Shown here piece after piece: positions 1 to 9,194 of a DNA stretch of 64,000 nucleotides (position 1 is the stretch's first letter; each line of letters opens with the position of its first letter). This DNA is from an uncultured Dehalococcoidia bacterium (lineage in GTDB: Bacteria; Chloroflexota; Dehalococcoidia; DSTF01; JACRBR01). Both the position numbers and the translations under genes were made by a program. The stretch lies in contig CAYJMG010000020.1 in assembly GCA_964371355.1 (NCBI GenBank), positions 130 through 64,129 on the forward strand. The letters are read 5' to 3'. The notes below the pieces were generated by a model that saw only the letters and a list, made by a program, of their open reading frames with translations, did no database searches and was not told the origin of the DNA.

Positions 1-691
1 CGAAGGCGAACACCGCCTCGGCCTCGCCGGTGCGGATGCAGCCGTTGCTGACACGCCCGGTCGAGGGGTCGACGACGGCGCCGTTCGCGTCCTTCAGGAA
101 CGAGTGGAAGCCGTTGGCCTTGGTTTCGTCGAAGCCCACCCAGTGGCTGATGTAGGTGTCGTACGGGGGATCGTATGCCAGCTCCTCGATCTTGCTGTTC
201 ACGTAGAACAGCCCAGTCTGGGTCGATGCGTACTCGCCCGTGTCCACCTGCTCGCCGACGCCCACGGGCGCGATCTCACGCACGACGGTCGCGCCGTCCA
301 TCAGGCGCACGACGTATGTTGTCACGTCCACGTTGATCCACCGGCCTTCGGCCGGAGCTGTGCTGCCGTCGGAGGCGCGCGGCGCCGGGGTCTCGGTCGG
401 CGCGACAGCGGGCTCGTCCGCGGGTTCGTCCTCATCGATGGGCACGGGCGTCTCGGTCGCAGCCGGCCCATCGACGGCCGCCGCTGTCGTGGGCGACACG
501 GCGGGCGGCGTCGCCGGCTTGCCGCCGACGGGCGGCGTCCGCGCCGCGCTGGTCGCCGAAGCGAGGGGCTCGATGGTCACGCCGGCCACGCGCGCGTCGG
601 ATCCGGACCCGCAGGCCGCGGCGAATGACCACGCGAGGAGCGCGATAGAAACGAGCGTGATGGCCCGGGGCCATGAAGGCGTCGACATCAT
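1..691 (-). CDS. L,D-transpeptidase (YkuD-domain) lipoprotein, C-terminus cut by the window edge
   Basis: Absent from the ORF track because it runs off the left edge. My own minus-strand translation from the ATG at 691 (or 688) gives MMSTPSWPRAITLVSIALLAWSFAAAC, a signal peptide plus lipobox. A Pro/Thr/Ala-rich linker follows, then ...YISHWVGFDETKANGFHSFL...GRVSNGCIRTGEAEA, which is the His and S-x-G-C-I-R catalytic signature of YkuD-type L,D-transpeptidases. Confidence 0.75.
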   Translation of the reverse strand, partial: MMSTPSWPRAITLVSIALLAWSFAAACGSGSDARVAGVTIEPLASATSAARTPPVGGKPATPPAVSPTTAAAVDGPAATETPVPIDEDEPADEPAVAPTETPAPRASDGSTAPAEGRWINVDVTTYVVRLMDGATVVREIAPVGVGEQVDTGEYASTQTGLFYVNSKIEELAYDPPYDTYISHWVGFDETKANGFHSFLKDANGAVVDPSTGRVSNGCIRTGEAEAVFAF

Positions 692-748
692 GGCATGATG
701 ACGGCTTTCCCCGAGGGAGGCGAATCTCGCGCGGTGACGGGCCATCGC

Positions 749-1591
749 TCAGTCCACCGAGGCTCGCAGCACCGTCTCGCCGGTGTGCTTCGTAACGTCA
801 CCCGCCGGCTCGACGCTGACGGCGAAGCCCTCGATTGGCCCTGTCTCGCCGGGGTCGATCGCGAGGTCCCGGACGATCAGCCGTCCGTTCCCGTCCTCGT
901 CCACGTCGAACCGGCCGCCGACGATCCAGTCGTTCTCGTACACCAGCCACATGCAGTAGCGTTTGCCTTCGGGAAGCGGCGGCAGCGCGCGCGCCACGAG
1001 CGCGCCCATCTGCGCCGTGCGGCTCCACACATAGCGGCCTGTCGCGTCGGGCGCCGCTTCCGTGCCGCTCATCGCCAGCCGCACGACGTCGTCCTGCGAC
1101 ACGATCTCGGTGACGGCGTCCGACGCCAGCAGATCCTGGCGCCGCTCCTCCGACATCTGTACGAGCTGTGTGCTGGCGGTGGCGTACTTCTCTGCCTGCT
1201 CGGTCGCGCCTGCTTCGACGAGGGTGTTCTCGTCGCGGAGATCGTTGACCTCGATCTGCAGGTACGCGCCCCACGCTACCAGCCCCGCGCCAAGCGTGAT
1301 CGCAGCGGCGGCCGCCACGGGCCACAGGCGCAACCCGCGCTGCCGTTGCGGCCGTCCGTCGGCGAGCACCGCCGCGCCCGCCAGCACCTTCGCCTTCAGG
1401 GACGCGCTGGCGGCCTGCAGCGACACGCCCAGCGCCAGTGACGCCGCGGCCGCGCGCGCGTCCTGCGCCAGCGGGTCGCAGGCGTCGCACGTGGCCATAT
1501 GACGCTCGAATTCACGCGCTTCGTCCACGTCCAGCGCGCCCAGCGCCCACGCGTCGATGTTCTCCCGGACGCCCTCGCAGTCCATTATCAA
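749..1591 (-). CDS. anti-sigma factor (zf-HC2 N-terminus, single TM, RskA-like extracytoplasmic domain)
   Basis: The N-terminus FERHMATCDACDPL carries the H-x3-C-x2-C zinc motif of ECF anti-sigma factors. A central TM segment (LWPVAAAAAITLGAGLVAWGAYL) follows. The start overlaps the stop of the upstream ECF sigma gene (ATGA at 1588-1591). Confidence 0.8.
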   Translation of the reverse strand: MIMDCEGVRENIDAWALGALDVDEAREFERHMATCDACDPLAQDARAAAASLALGVSLQAASASLKAKVLAGAAVLADGRPQRQRGLRLWPVAAAAAITLGAGLVAWGAYLQIEVNDLRDENTLVEAGATEQAEKYATASTQLVQMSEERRQDLLASDAVTEIVSQDDVVRLAMSGTEAAPDATGRYVWSRTAQMGALVARALPPLPEGKRYCMWLVYENDWIVGGRFDVDEDGNGRLIVRDLAIDPGETGPIEGFAVSVEPAGDVTKHTGETVLRASVD

Positions 1592-2190
1592 CGGCCTCGG
1601 TTACTCCCCCTGCGCTCTTCCAGCGCAACCCGCATCTTCTGCATGCCCAGCCGGATCCGCGTCTTCACCGTCCCCAGCGGTTGTCCCAGCTTGTTCGCGA
1701 TCTCCTGCTGTGTCAGCCCGCCGAAGTACGCCAACTGGATCGCCAGCTTCTGCTCGGGCGGCAGCACCTCCATCGCTCCTCGCACCGCCGCGCGCTCGTC
1801 AGACAGCACCGTCGCGAGCGCCGGGTCATCGCGGTCGTTGCCGCTGGGCAGCACGTCCTCCTCGTCCTCGGCTGCCGGCAGCGCCTCGTGACGCAGCCGC
1901 CGGCCCCTGCTCCGCCGCTCGTCGATCGAGCGGTTGCGTGTGACGCTCATCAGCCACGTCACGAACTTGCCGCGGCTCAGGTCGAACTGCTCCGGCCTGC
2001 GCCAGACGCGCAGAAACACGTCCTGCGTGACGTCCTCGGCCACGTACGTGTCGCCGACGACGCGCAGCGAGACGGAGTACACGAGATCCCCGTAACGGTC
2101 GTAGAGCGCCTCGAATGCGCCCAGGTCCCGCCGCACCAGGCGGTCCATCAACTCGTCGTCACGGAGGCCCGTGTAGTCCACGCGCTCCAT
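1588..2190 (-). CDS. ECF-type RNA polymerase sigma-70 factor
   Basis: 200 aa. Region 2 (FEALYDRYGDLVYSVSLRVVGD...DVTQDVFLRVW) and region 4 helix-turn-helix (LAYFGGLTQQEIANKLGQPLGTVKTRI) are both recognisable. It is translationally coupled to the anti-sigma gene. Confidence 0.9.
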   Translation of the reverse strand: MERVDYTGLRDDELMDRLVRRDLGAFEALYDRYGDLVYSVSLRVVGDTYVAEDVTQDVFLRVWRRPEQFDLSRGKFVTWLMSVTRNRSIDERRSRGRRLRHEALPAAEDEEDVLPSGNDRDDPALATVLSDERAAVRGAMEVLPPEQKLAIQLAYFGGLTQQEIANKLGQPLGTVKTRIRLGMQKMRVALEERRGSNRGR

Positions 2191-2288
2191 CTCCGATACG
2201 TCCCGGCCCGCCCGGGGGATTCGGTGTCCGTGCCGATCTTAGCAGCCGGCCCTTCGGGCGCAGACGCCCGAACCTGGAGTGCCGGGGC

Positions 2289-2470
2289 CGTGGCGACATT
2301 GCTCGGCAGTTTCGGGTTGTTGGCGGTCAGATCCCCTCTTGGTGGCGACATTGCTCGGCAGTTTCGGGTGGTCGGCGGTCGGGTCCCTCCTTGGTGGCGA
2401 CATTGCTCGGCAGTTTCGGGTGGTCGGCGGTCGGGTCCCTCCTTGGTGGCGACATTGCTCGGCAGTTTCG
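2289..2470 (+). repeat. tandem 52-bp repeat, about 3.5 copies (unit GGTGGCGACATTGCTCGGCAGTTTCGGGTGGTCGGCGGTCGGGTCCCTCCTT)
   Basis: Read directly from the sequence. Units at 2341-2392 and 2393-2444 are identical. 2289-2340 is a diverged copy, and 2445-2470 is a truncated copy. Units are contiguous with no unique spacers. Confidence 0.9.
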
Positions 2471-2565
2471 CCGCAGGCGGGCCGCTTCCCACCGCGTCCT
2501 CGGGTGCGGTCCACGCCCGCGGGCCTGGTGCGCCATTCGGGAGCGTAGGGAGATCGGCGCCGGAT

Positions 2566-2593
2566 CTCCAAGCGGGCCAGATCACATTCGAGA
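2566..2593 (+). repeat. conserved 28-nt box CTCCAAGCGGGCCAGATCACATTCGAGA (3' end of an ~300-nt intergenic element; second copy at 47115-47142)
   Basis: The match to 47115-47142 is near-identical, with 2 mismatches. In both places the box lies about 300 nt downstream of a GCGAYATTGCTCGGCAGTT core, in the same orientation. Confidence 0.7.
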
Positions 2594-2659
2594 AAAAGAA
2601 GGCAAGCTGGGGCTTGGAGCGGCGGTCACCGGTGAGGGAGCCATGGCAGACGGCCGGCG

Positions 2660-3145
2660 TTAGCCGCCGGGCTGGGCGCCGGGCAGGACCGCCTGGATCG
2701 TCACGTCGGTCGAGAGGAGGGTCGTCGGATCGTCGCCCGGCCGCCCGAAGGCGATGATCCGGTCGGAGGAGCGCACGTCCTGCAGCCGCACAGTGCCGCC
2801 GCCCGCGCGCTTGATCGTCGTCGCCGGGCTGAGCACGATCCGCGTGAACTTCGCGTCGCCCGTCGGCTTGATGTCGATGGTCCGTGCCTGCACGTCCACC
2901 GCTCCCACCACCCCCTGCACCTCGATCGCGGCAGTCGGCGTCGGATCCGCCGATGGAGCGGACGCCGACTGCGCCGGCGTGACAGCGGCCGTCTGCGCGG
3001 GCTGTGTGCCGGCGACGGTCGGCGGGACGGCTGGCGCTGTGGGCTCGGCGTCGTCGCCGCCCCCGCATGCCGCGGCCATGGCCGGAAGTGTTGCCGCGAG
3101 CGCGAGAGCGATCAGCACCAGGCGTGGCGCGCGCTTACTTCTCAT
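2660..3145 (-). CDS. hypothetical secreted lipoprotein
   Basis: MRSKRAPRLVLIALALAATLPAMAAAC is a signal peptide with a lipobox Cys. A Pro/Thr/Ala-rich linker and a small beta-rich C-terminal domain follow. No family was recognised. Confidence 0.6.
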   Translation of the reverse strand: MRSKRAPRLVLIALALAATLPAMAAACGGGDDAEPTAPAVPPTVAGTQPAQTAAVTPAQSASAPSADPTPTAAIEVQGVVGAVDVQARTIDIKPTGDAKFTRIVLSPATTIKRAGGGTVRLQDVRSSDRIIAFGRPGDDPTTLLSTDVTIQAVLPGAQPGG

Positions 3146-4034
3146 CGGGCCGGATAAGCAACACGGGCGCGTGTCCCTGGAGCAGGCGGTCCGCCGTGCT
3201 CCCCAGCGCCGCCCGCGCCAGCCCGGCCCGCGCGTGCGTGGTCATCACCACCAGGTCCACCTTCTGCTCGTCGATGAAGTCCAGCAGCCCGTCGGCGATG
3301 GCGCCGCGCACGACGAACGCCTCGACCTTCGCGTCCTTGATGAGTTGCTCCTGGCCGCGAAGGTACTCCTTCGCCCCCTTCTCCAGCTCTTCGTCGACCT
3401 GCGGCACGTACGCGTCGGGCAGGGTGTACGGGTAGGCCTGCACGGCCCAGCGCACGCCTCGCACCAGGACGACGCTTGCTTCCGTCGCCTTCGCCAGGGC
3501 GCCGGCGATCGGTACCGCCTGCTCGGAAAGCTTCGACCCGTCGAGCGGCACCATGATCTTCTTGATTTCCGCGCCGGGCCGCTGTTGTTCCAGCAGCTTC
3601 GGCCCGACCGCCAGGACCGGCGCCCGCGACTGTCGCAGCAGCCGCCCCGCGGTGCTGCCATACAGCCAGCGCGAGACCCCCGACCGTCCGTGCGTCGCGA
3701 TCGCGATCGCGCGCGCTTCCGTCTCCTGCGCCGTCATGAGTATCTCCTCCGCGGCGTCGCCCGGCCGTACGACCACGCGCACTCGGTCCGCGTCGGGCAG
3801 CTTCGCCTTCAGGCCGTTCAGGTACTCGGTGAAGTAGCGGTCGGCCGACTCCGTGACCTCCAGCGACAAGGACGGGAACGTCGCCGCCAGGTCCGTGTCG
3901 GTGCCCTCCCACACGGTCACCAGGATCAGGTGGGTGTGCAGCTTGCTGGCCAGCGCGCTCGCGTATGGCAGCGCCCCTTCGGCCAGCTCCGAGCCATCCA
4001 GCGGGACGAGAATGGGCCCGTGGTCCAGCATCAT
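3135..4034 (-). CDS. universal stress protein, tandem UspA domains
   Basis: 299 aa with two Usp halves. Each half starts with (I)LVPLDGS and ends with a G-x2-G-x9-G-S(T) ATP-binding-type motif (THGRSGVSRWLYGSTAGRLL and THARAGLARAALGSTADRLL). Confidence 0.85.
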   Translation of the reverse strand: MMLDHGPILVPLDGSELAEGALPYASALASKLHTHLILVTVWEGTDTDLAATFPSLSLEVTESADRYFTEYLNGLKAKLPDADRVRVVVRPGDAAEEILMTAQETEARAIAIATHGRSGVSRWLYGSTAGRLLRQSRAPVLAVGPKLLEQQRPGAEIKKIMVPLDGSKLSEQAVPIAGALAKATEASVVLVRGVRWAVQAYPYTLPDAYVPQVDEELEKGAKEYLRGQEQLIKDAKVEAFVVRGAIADGLLDFIDEQKVDLVVMTTHARAGLARAALGSTADRLLQGHAPVLLIRPDEK

Positions 4035-4119
4035 GCCTCCTCCAACGTCGTGCCGGCCGGAGCGCCCGGCCCGGGTTCATCGCGGCCAGTGTACCGGGGC
4101 GCCCTCGCCGCGCCGGGGG

Positions 4120-5205
4120 TCACACGACACCTTCCTCTGTGCTGTTCGGCCCCACGGCCGGCGCCAGCCGCTCTTCGCGCGACTTGAGCGCGACGCCGGC
4201 GGCAGATGGCCGGGTGTCGCCGTGCGCCTCTCCGACGATCTCGAAGCCCAGGTCGCGGATCATCGCGACATCGTCCTCGGGCCGCTGGCCCTTCGCGGTC
4301 AGGTAGTCGCCGATGAAGATGGAGTTCGCCACCAGCAGGCCCATGGGCTGCAGCGACCGCAGGTGGTGCTCGCGTCCGCCCGCGATGCGGACCTCCCTGT
4401 CGGGGTTCATCAGCCGCATCAGGCTCAGGATCTTCAGGCACCGCGCCGGCGTCAGCGACCAGCGCTCCGCCAGCGGTGTCCCCGGGATGGGGATGAGGAA
4501 GTTCACGGGGATCGAGTCGACGCCGATGCGGCGCAGCTCCAGCGCCACCTCCACGATGTCGTCGTCGGTCTCGCCCATGCCGAACAGCGCGCCGCAGCAC
4601 GGCGACAGCCCCTGCTCCTTCACGACGCCCACCGTCTGGACGCGGTCCGCGTACGTGTGGGTCGAGCAGATGTCGCCGTAGAAGGCCTCGCTGGTGTTCA
4701 GGTTGTGGTTGTACGCATCGACGCCCGCCGCGCGCAGCTCGGCCGCTTGCCGGTCCTCCAGCAGCCCCAGGCACGCGCAGATCTCGGTGTCCGGCAGCGC
4801 GCCACGCACCTCGCGCACCGCAGCGGCGATGTGTCCGACGTCGGCGTCGCTGGGCCCCCGGCCCGAGGCCACGAGGCACACCCGCCGCGCGCCGAACTCG
4901 TGCCCGCGGAGGGCCGCCGTCAGGATGTCCTGGCCCGACAGCAGGTTGTACTTGTCGATCCCGGCCTTCGAGAGCTTGGACTGCGAGCAGTAGTGGCAGT
5001 CCTCGGGGCAGATGCCGCTCTTGATGTTCACCAGGAAGTTGACCTTGACCCTGTTGCCGAAGAAGTGACGCCGCAGCCGGTGCGCCGCCGCCACGATCGC
5101 GGGCATCTCCGCATCGGGCGCGGCGAGGATGGCCAGGCCGTCGGCGCGGCTGAGGGCGTCGCCTGCCAGCGCCCGTTCCGCCATCGCCATCCAGTCAGCG
5201 GTCAT
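4120..5205 (-). CDS. bioB: biotin synthase
   Basis: Radical SAM motif in the typical BioB context, IKSGICPEDCHYCSQS. Length and overall layout fit BioB. The start was chosen at MTADWMAMAERAL (ATG at 5205); the track ORF extends to a GTG at 5259. Confidence 0.9.
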   Translation of the reverse strand: MTADWMAMAERALAGDALSRADGLAILAAPDAEMPAIVAAAHRLRRHFFGNRVKVNFLVNIKSGICPEDCHYCSQSKLSKAGIDKYNLLSGQDILTAALRGHEFGARRVCLVASGRGPSDADVGHIAAAVREVRGALPDTEICACLGLLEDRQAAELRAAGVDAYNHNLNTSEAFYGDICSTHTYADRVQTVGVVKEQGLSPCCGALFGMGETDDDIVEVALELRRIGVDSIPVNFLIPIPGTPLAERWSLTPARCLKILSLMRLMNPDREVRIAGGREHHLRSLQPMGLLVANSIFIGDYLTAKGQRPEDDVAMIRDLGFEIVGEAHGDTRPSAAGVALKSREERLAPAVGPNSTEEGVV

Positions 5206-5347
5206 AGCGATTCCCAACTGCGCCCGTTGCGCGGGCTTTCGAGCCGGCGCCAGTCTCACAGACGCGCCATGGCGGACGCGTGGCGCCGCCTCGCGCGTAG
5301 TGTTCGTGAGTGAGCTAATACCGTCAAGCGGGATCGGGCGGACGTGC

Positions 5348-5389
5348 GGAAGCCAGCGTCATGCTGGTGGCGGGGTGACGCTGGCTTCC
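5348..5389. other. perfect 14-bp inverted repeat (GGAAGCCAGCGTCA-N14-TGACGCTGGCTTCC), a stem-loop in the divergent bioB / SH3b-protein intergenic region
   Basis: Read directly: arms at 5348-5361 and 5376-5389. No T-run follows on either strand. Confidence 0.6.
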
Positions 5390-5519
5390 GTCCTGTTGGA
5401 GGGGATTAGGTTGGCGGCTCTCCCCGATCACAACATCGGACGCGTCCGCGGGATCCGAACCCCTTTCCGCCCGTTTTCTCCAGGTCCCACGGCCTCGCCC
5501 GCAGCCCATCTCCCGAAGC

Positions 5520-5528
5520 TGATACAAT
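5520..5528 (+). promoter_or_regulatory. candidate extended -10 promoter element (TGaTACAAT)
   Basis: TGATACAAT lies just upstream of, and overlaps, the first ATG of the SH3b/CARDB ORF. No convincing -35 was found. If it is used, the CDS would start at the second Met (5566). Confidence 0.3.
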
Positions 5529-6537
5529 GGCCCGGTTTGGAGTTGGACACAGGCATGGACCCCGCATGAGTGTGTTTTCCAGCCCGGAAGCGCGGGCTGC
5601 TGTCCTCAGACACCCCTTCTTCCTGGCCGGACTGTCTGTCGTCGTCCTCCTGGGCCTCATCGCCGGCCTGCTCGTCCTCTTCGATAGCGTCCGCGGCGAC
5701 AGTGGCGCCGGCGAGCCGACGGTCGTCGTCGCGCCGGCCGGCACCTCGACCGTCGGCCCCGTCAGCAAGACCGCGTCAGCTTCGGGTGTCCTGGGGACGA
5801 CCAGGGTCGTGACCACTGTGCGCGTCGCCCCCGGCAAGACCTCGCCCGTCCGGGGCACGCTGCCCTCCGGCCGCGACGTCGAGATCGACGCCCGCACGAC
5901 CGACGCGAACTGGTTCCGCATCGTCTTCCCGCCCGAGTCCGAGCTGCACGGCTGGGTCGACGCTGAGGACCTGGAGATCGCTGGCGACCCCTCCGCGCTG
6001 GTCATCGCCACCGCCGAGCCGCCCGTGATCGTCGAGCTTCCCACGGAGCCGCCGGAGGTGCAAACGGCCGTCGCCGAGACGCAGATCGCCCTTGCGAACA
6101 CGACCGAGACGCCCACGCCCACCGGGACGCCGGGAGCGGAGATCCCGGACCTCGTCGTCGGCACGTCGCCTGTCATCCAGGGTGGCAAGCTGTTCGTCAC
6201 CGTCGTGAACCAGGGCACCGGCGACGCCACCGGCGACCTCGTCGTCGCCGTGTTCAACGCCGACGGCACCGCGCTCATCGCCGGCGCCACACTGCCGAAC
6301 TTCACGCTTCCGGCCGGCCGCAGCATCGATGTCGGCACGAACTACGTGATCAACGAGAGCCAGACGCTGCTGCTGATCGTGGATCCGAACGGCACGATCG
6401 AGGAATCGGACAACTTCAACAACCGCATCACCGTGGCCATCGCCGTCGGCAACGAGCCCTCGCCGGAGGATCCGTTCGCCACACCCACCGTCGAAGGCGA
6501 GCCGTCTCCCGAGGAAGCGCCGCCGATTACCGAGTAG
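5527..6537 (+). CDS. membrane-anchored protein with bacterial SH3 and CARDB-like domains
   Basis: N-terminal TM (FFLAGLSVVVLLGLIAGLLVLF). An SH3b-like segment follows (RVAPGKTSPVRGTLPSGRDVEIDARTTDANWFRIVF...GWVDAEDLEI). Then a CARDB-like segment (PDLVVGTSPVIQGGKLFVTVVNQGTGDATGDLVVAVFN...VDPNGTIEESDNFNN). The start is ambiguous between 5527 and 5566. Confidence 0.7.
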   Translation: MARFGVGHRHGPRMSVFSSPEARAAVLRHPFFLAGLSVVVLLGLIAGLLVLFDSVRGDSGAGEPTVVVAPAGTSTVGPVSKTASASGVLGTTRVVTTVRVAPGKTSPVRGTLPSGRDVEIDARTTDANWFRIVFPPESELHGWVDAEDLEIAGDPSALVIATAEPPVIVELPTEPPEVQTAVAETQIALANTTETPTPTGTPGAEIPDLVVGTSPVIQGGKLFVTVVNQGTGDATGDLVVAVFNADGTALIAGATLPNFTLPAGRSIDVGTNYVINESQTLLLIVDPNGTIEESDNFNNRITVAIAVGNEPSPEDPFATPTVEGEPSPEEAPPITE

Positions 6538-6602
6538 GACGCCCGGACCTGCCGCATAACGCCGCCACGCGCGGGCCATAGCGGCGCCCCGTGGCGGGCC
6601 GG

Positions 6603-6608
6603 TACAAT
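6603..6608 (+). promoter_or_regulatory. candidate -10 hexamer (TACAAT) upstream of the DinB-family gene
   Basis: TACAAT lies about 60 nt upstream of the ATG at 6669, which has a GAAGGA ribosome-binding site 7 nt upstream. The -35 region is weak. Confidence 0.3.
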
Positions 6609-6668
6609 GGGCCAACTCCGCCGAACTATCGTTCGACATCATCAGCGTTAGCGGTGAAGGATCACCGG

Positions 6669-7214
6669 ATGACGACGACCGTTTCCCGGTTGCGATCGGA
6701 TTTGCGCACCAGCCGCGATGGCCTCTTCGCGGCGATTCGCGGCCTGACCGAAGAGCAGTTCCGCCATGTCCCGCAGGGCGAGACGTGGTGCATCGCCGCG
6801 CACCTCGCCCATCTCCTGCGCGTCGAGCGCATCTTCACGGAACGCGTACACGCGGCCCTCGCCGAGGACGAGCCCTTCGTGAAGGGCGGCGCCGCGCTTG
6901 GCAACGACGACGACCCGGGGCTGTCACAGCGTCTCGCCGTGCCGCAGATCATCCACGGCATGCTGAACGCACGCCGCGACCTGGAGGTGGCGCTGGACGC
7001 CTGCGACGACGCCGTGCTCGACCTCCGGGCCATCCGCCACGAGACTCGTGGCCGCATGACGCTGGAGGCGATGGTCGTCAAGATGGCGCAGCACGAAGAC
7101 GAGCATCGGCTGGAGATCGCGAAGCTGGTCAAGCAGGCGCCGCCTTCGGCGCGGGTACGTCCGGCGCCCGTGCCTCCGGCAGGCGTAACCATCCCCCTGG
7201 CGCGGCGTTCATGA
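6669..7214 (+). CDS. DinB-family (four-helix bundle) protein
   Basis: MTTTVSRLRSDLRTSRDGLFAAIRGLTEEQF...WCIAAHLAHLLRVERIF...MAQHEDEHRLEI shows the spaced His residues typical of the DinB_2 / DUF664-like fold. The start was set at the first ATG with a good RBS. Confidence 0.7.
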   Translation: MTTTVSRLRSDLRTSRDGLFAAIRGLTEEQFRHVPQGETWCIAAHLAHLLRVERIFTERVHAALAEDEPFVKGGAALGNDDDPGLSQRLAVPQIIHGMLNARRDLEVALDACDDAVLDLRAIRHETRGRMTLEAMVVKMAQHEDEHRLEIAKLVKQAPPSARVRPAPVPPAGVTIPLARRS

Positions 7215-7227
7215 GGATAGGGCTGAC

Positions 7228-9192
7228 ATGAGCGCTGTCGATGAGGTCAAGCAGCGTATCGACATCGTCGATCTGGTGTCGCAGCACGTCACCTTGAGGC
7301 GGGCAGGCCGCAATTTCGTCGCGCTCTGCCCGTTCCATACCGAGAAGACCCCGTCGTTCCACGTCGACCCCGCCCGCCAGAGCTGGCACTGCTTCGGCGC
7401 CTGCTCGACTGGAGGCGACATCTTCGGCTTCATCATGAAGAAGGAAGGCATCGAGTTCCGCGACGCCCTGCGCCTCCTGGCAACGCAGGCCGGCGTGACG
7501 CTGGAGACGCGGCGCGAGTCGCAGGAAGACGCCCGGCGGGCCCGCCTGTTCGAGATAAATGAAGCCGCCGCCGCATACTTCCACGCGATGCTGGTGGCCG
7601 AGGACGGCCCCCACGCCGCGAAGGCGCAGGTGGCCCGCGACTACCTGGCCGAGCGCCGCATGGCCCCCTCCTCCGTCGAGAAGTTCCACATCGGCTACGC
7701 CCCCAACTCCTGGGACGCGCTCACCGCGCACCTGGAGTCCCGCGGCATGACGCCCGCGGAGGCCGTCGCCACCGGGCTCGCCATCGAAGGCGACCGCGGG
7801 CCGTACGACCGCTTCCGCCATCGCCTGATGTTCCCCATCCGCGACGACCGCGGCCGGGTCGCCGGGTTCGGCGGGCGCCTGCTGCCCGGCGAAGCGCTCG
7901 GGTCCGGCGAGAACCAGCCGAAGTACGTGAATACGTCGCAATCGCAGATCTTCGACAAGGGGGCCATCCTCTATGCGCTCGACCTGGCGAAGGATGCGAT
8001 CCGCACCGAGCGCAAGGCCGTGATCGTCGAGGGCTACATGGACGTCATCGCCGCGCACGAGCACGGCTACGCCAACGTCGTCGCCTCAATGGGTACCGCG
8101 CTCACCGAGCGCCAGGTCACCTTGCTGAAGCGCAACGCACCGGCCATCGTGCTGGCCCTCGACGCTGACAACGCCGGCAGCGAGGCGACGATCCGCAGTG
8201 CGTACGAGATCGTGAACAGCAGCCTGCGGCGCAAGCCCGTGCCCAACGCGCGCGGCATCGTGCGGCAGGTCGACTCCATCGATATCGACCTCCGCGTGCT
8301 ATCGCTGCCCGAAGGGCGCGACCCGGACGAGGTCGTACGCTCCCAGCCGGAGCTGTGGCCGCAGCTTGTGGAGCAGGCGAAGCCCGTGCTCGATCATCTC
8401 TTCGACGTCGCCGCAGCGAGCCACGATCTTGCCGACCCGCGGGAGCGCTCCACCGTTGTGGCCGAACTAGCGCCGTTCATCGCCCTCACGGCCGACCGCG
8501 TCCTCCAGTCGCACTATCTCCAGCGTCTGTCGCGGCTTTCAAAGGTCGACGAAGCCACGCTGCGTCTCGAGCTGCGCGCTCCCGTGCGCGCGCGCCAGAA
8601 TCCATCGCAGCAGGGCGATGTCGTGCCCGAAGAGCTGCGGGCTGGCGGTCCGCGTCAAGAAGCTGCATCCCGCGTGCGCGATAACCGTGAAGAGTTTTGT
8701 CTGGCCTTGCTTTTCCAGTATCCTGAGCTACGCGCTGAGGCGAGCGGTCTCGACCCCGAACTTTTCAGTCACAGCGAGAACCGCGCACTGTTCGAATCCT
8801 GGGTCGGTAGGGCGGATGACGGGGAGTCGTTTGGGCGATCGCTCTCGCCGGATCTGCGGCCACAGTACGAGCGCATTCTCTCCATCGATCTTCCTGCGTA
8901 CGGTGACGAAACCGTAGTCCGCGCTCTTCGCACGACCGTCTGGGGTATCGAGCAGCATCGCCTTCGCGAGGCGAAGCGCACGCGCGCCGCTGTTGTCGCC
9001 GAGAGCGCGGCGACGGGCGGCGCACAGATCGCTGAGCGCGCGCGTGCGGTGCTGGAGGGACGTATCCCGGAAGGCGCCGAGCTGGCCGATGATGAGGCCG
9101 ACCCCGCCGCGGCCGTCGTCGAGGACATGGAAGCAAGGTCGAGGCTGCACGAACACGAACTGCAGCGGCACAGGCCCCGTACGGCGAGGTAG
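7228..9192 (+). CDS. dnaG: DNA primase
   Basis: N-terminal zinc-binding motif [31 protein letters not shown] region ([11 protein letters not shown]...[11 protein letters not shown]). Classic position directly upstream of rpoD. Confidence 0.95.
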   Translation: MSAVDEVKQRIDIVDLVSQHVTLRRAGRNFVALCPFHTEKTPSFHVDPARQSWHCFGACSTGGDIFGFIMKKEGIEFRDALRLLATQAGVTLETRRESQEDARRARLFEINEAAAAYFHAMLVAEDGPHAAKAQVARDYLAERRMAPSSVEKFHIGYAPNSWDALTAHLESRGMTPAEAVATGLAIEGDRGPYDRFRHRLMFPIRDDRGRVAGFGGRLLPGEALGSGENQPKYVNTSQSQIFDKGAILYALDLAKDAIRTERKAVIVEGYMDVIAAHEHGYANVVASMGTALTERQVTLLKRNAPAIVLALDADNAGSEATIRSAYEIVNSSLRRKPVPNARGIVRQVDSIDIDLRVLSLPEGRDPDEVVRSQPELWPQLVEQAKPVLDHLFDVAAASHDLADPRERSTVVAELAPFIALTADRVLQSHYLQRLSRLSKVDEATLRLELRAPVRARQNPSQQGDVVPEELRAGGPRQEAASRVRDNREEFCLALLFQYPELRAEASGLDPELFSHSENRALFESWVGRADDGESFGRSLSPDLRPQYERILSIDLPAYGDETVVRALRTTVWGIEQHRLREAKRTRAAVVAESAATGGAQIAERARAVLEGRIPEGAELADDEADPAAAVVEDMEARSRLHEHELQRHRPRTAR

Positions 9193-9194
9193 CC

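Noticed and set aside
104-698. Plus-strand ORFs 104-628 and 240-698 at the left edge
   Set aside because: Their translations are Arg/Gly/Ala-rich nonsense. The minus strand encodes a clean L,D-transpeptidase with signal peptide and catalytic motif, so these are antisense artefacts of high GC.
2289-2470. Possible CRISPR array, given the regular repeats in an intergenic region
   Set aside because: The 52-bp units are directly contiguous with no unique spacers. The unit is longer than typical CRISPR repeats. No cas genes are in the window.
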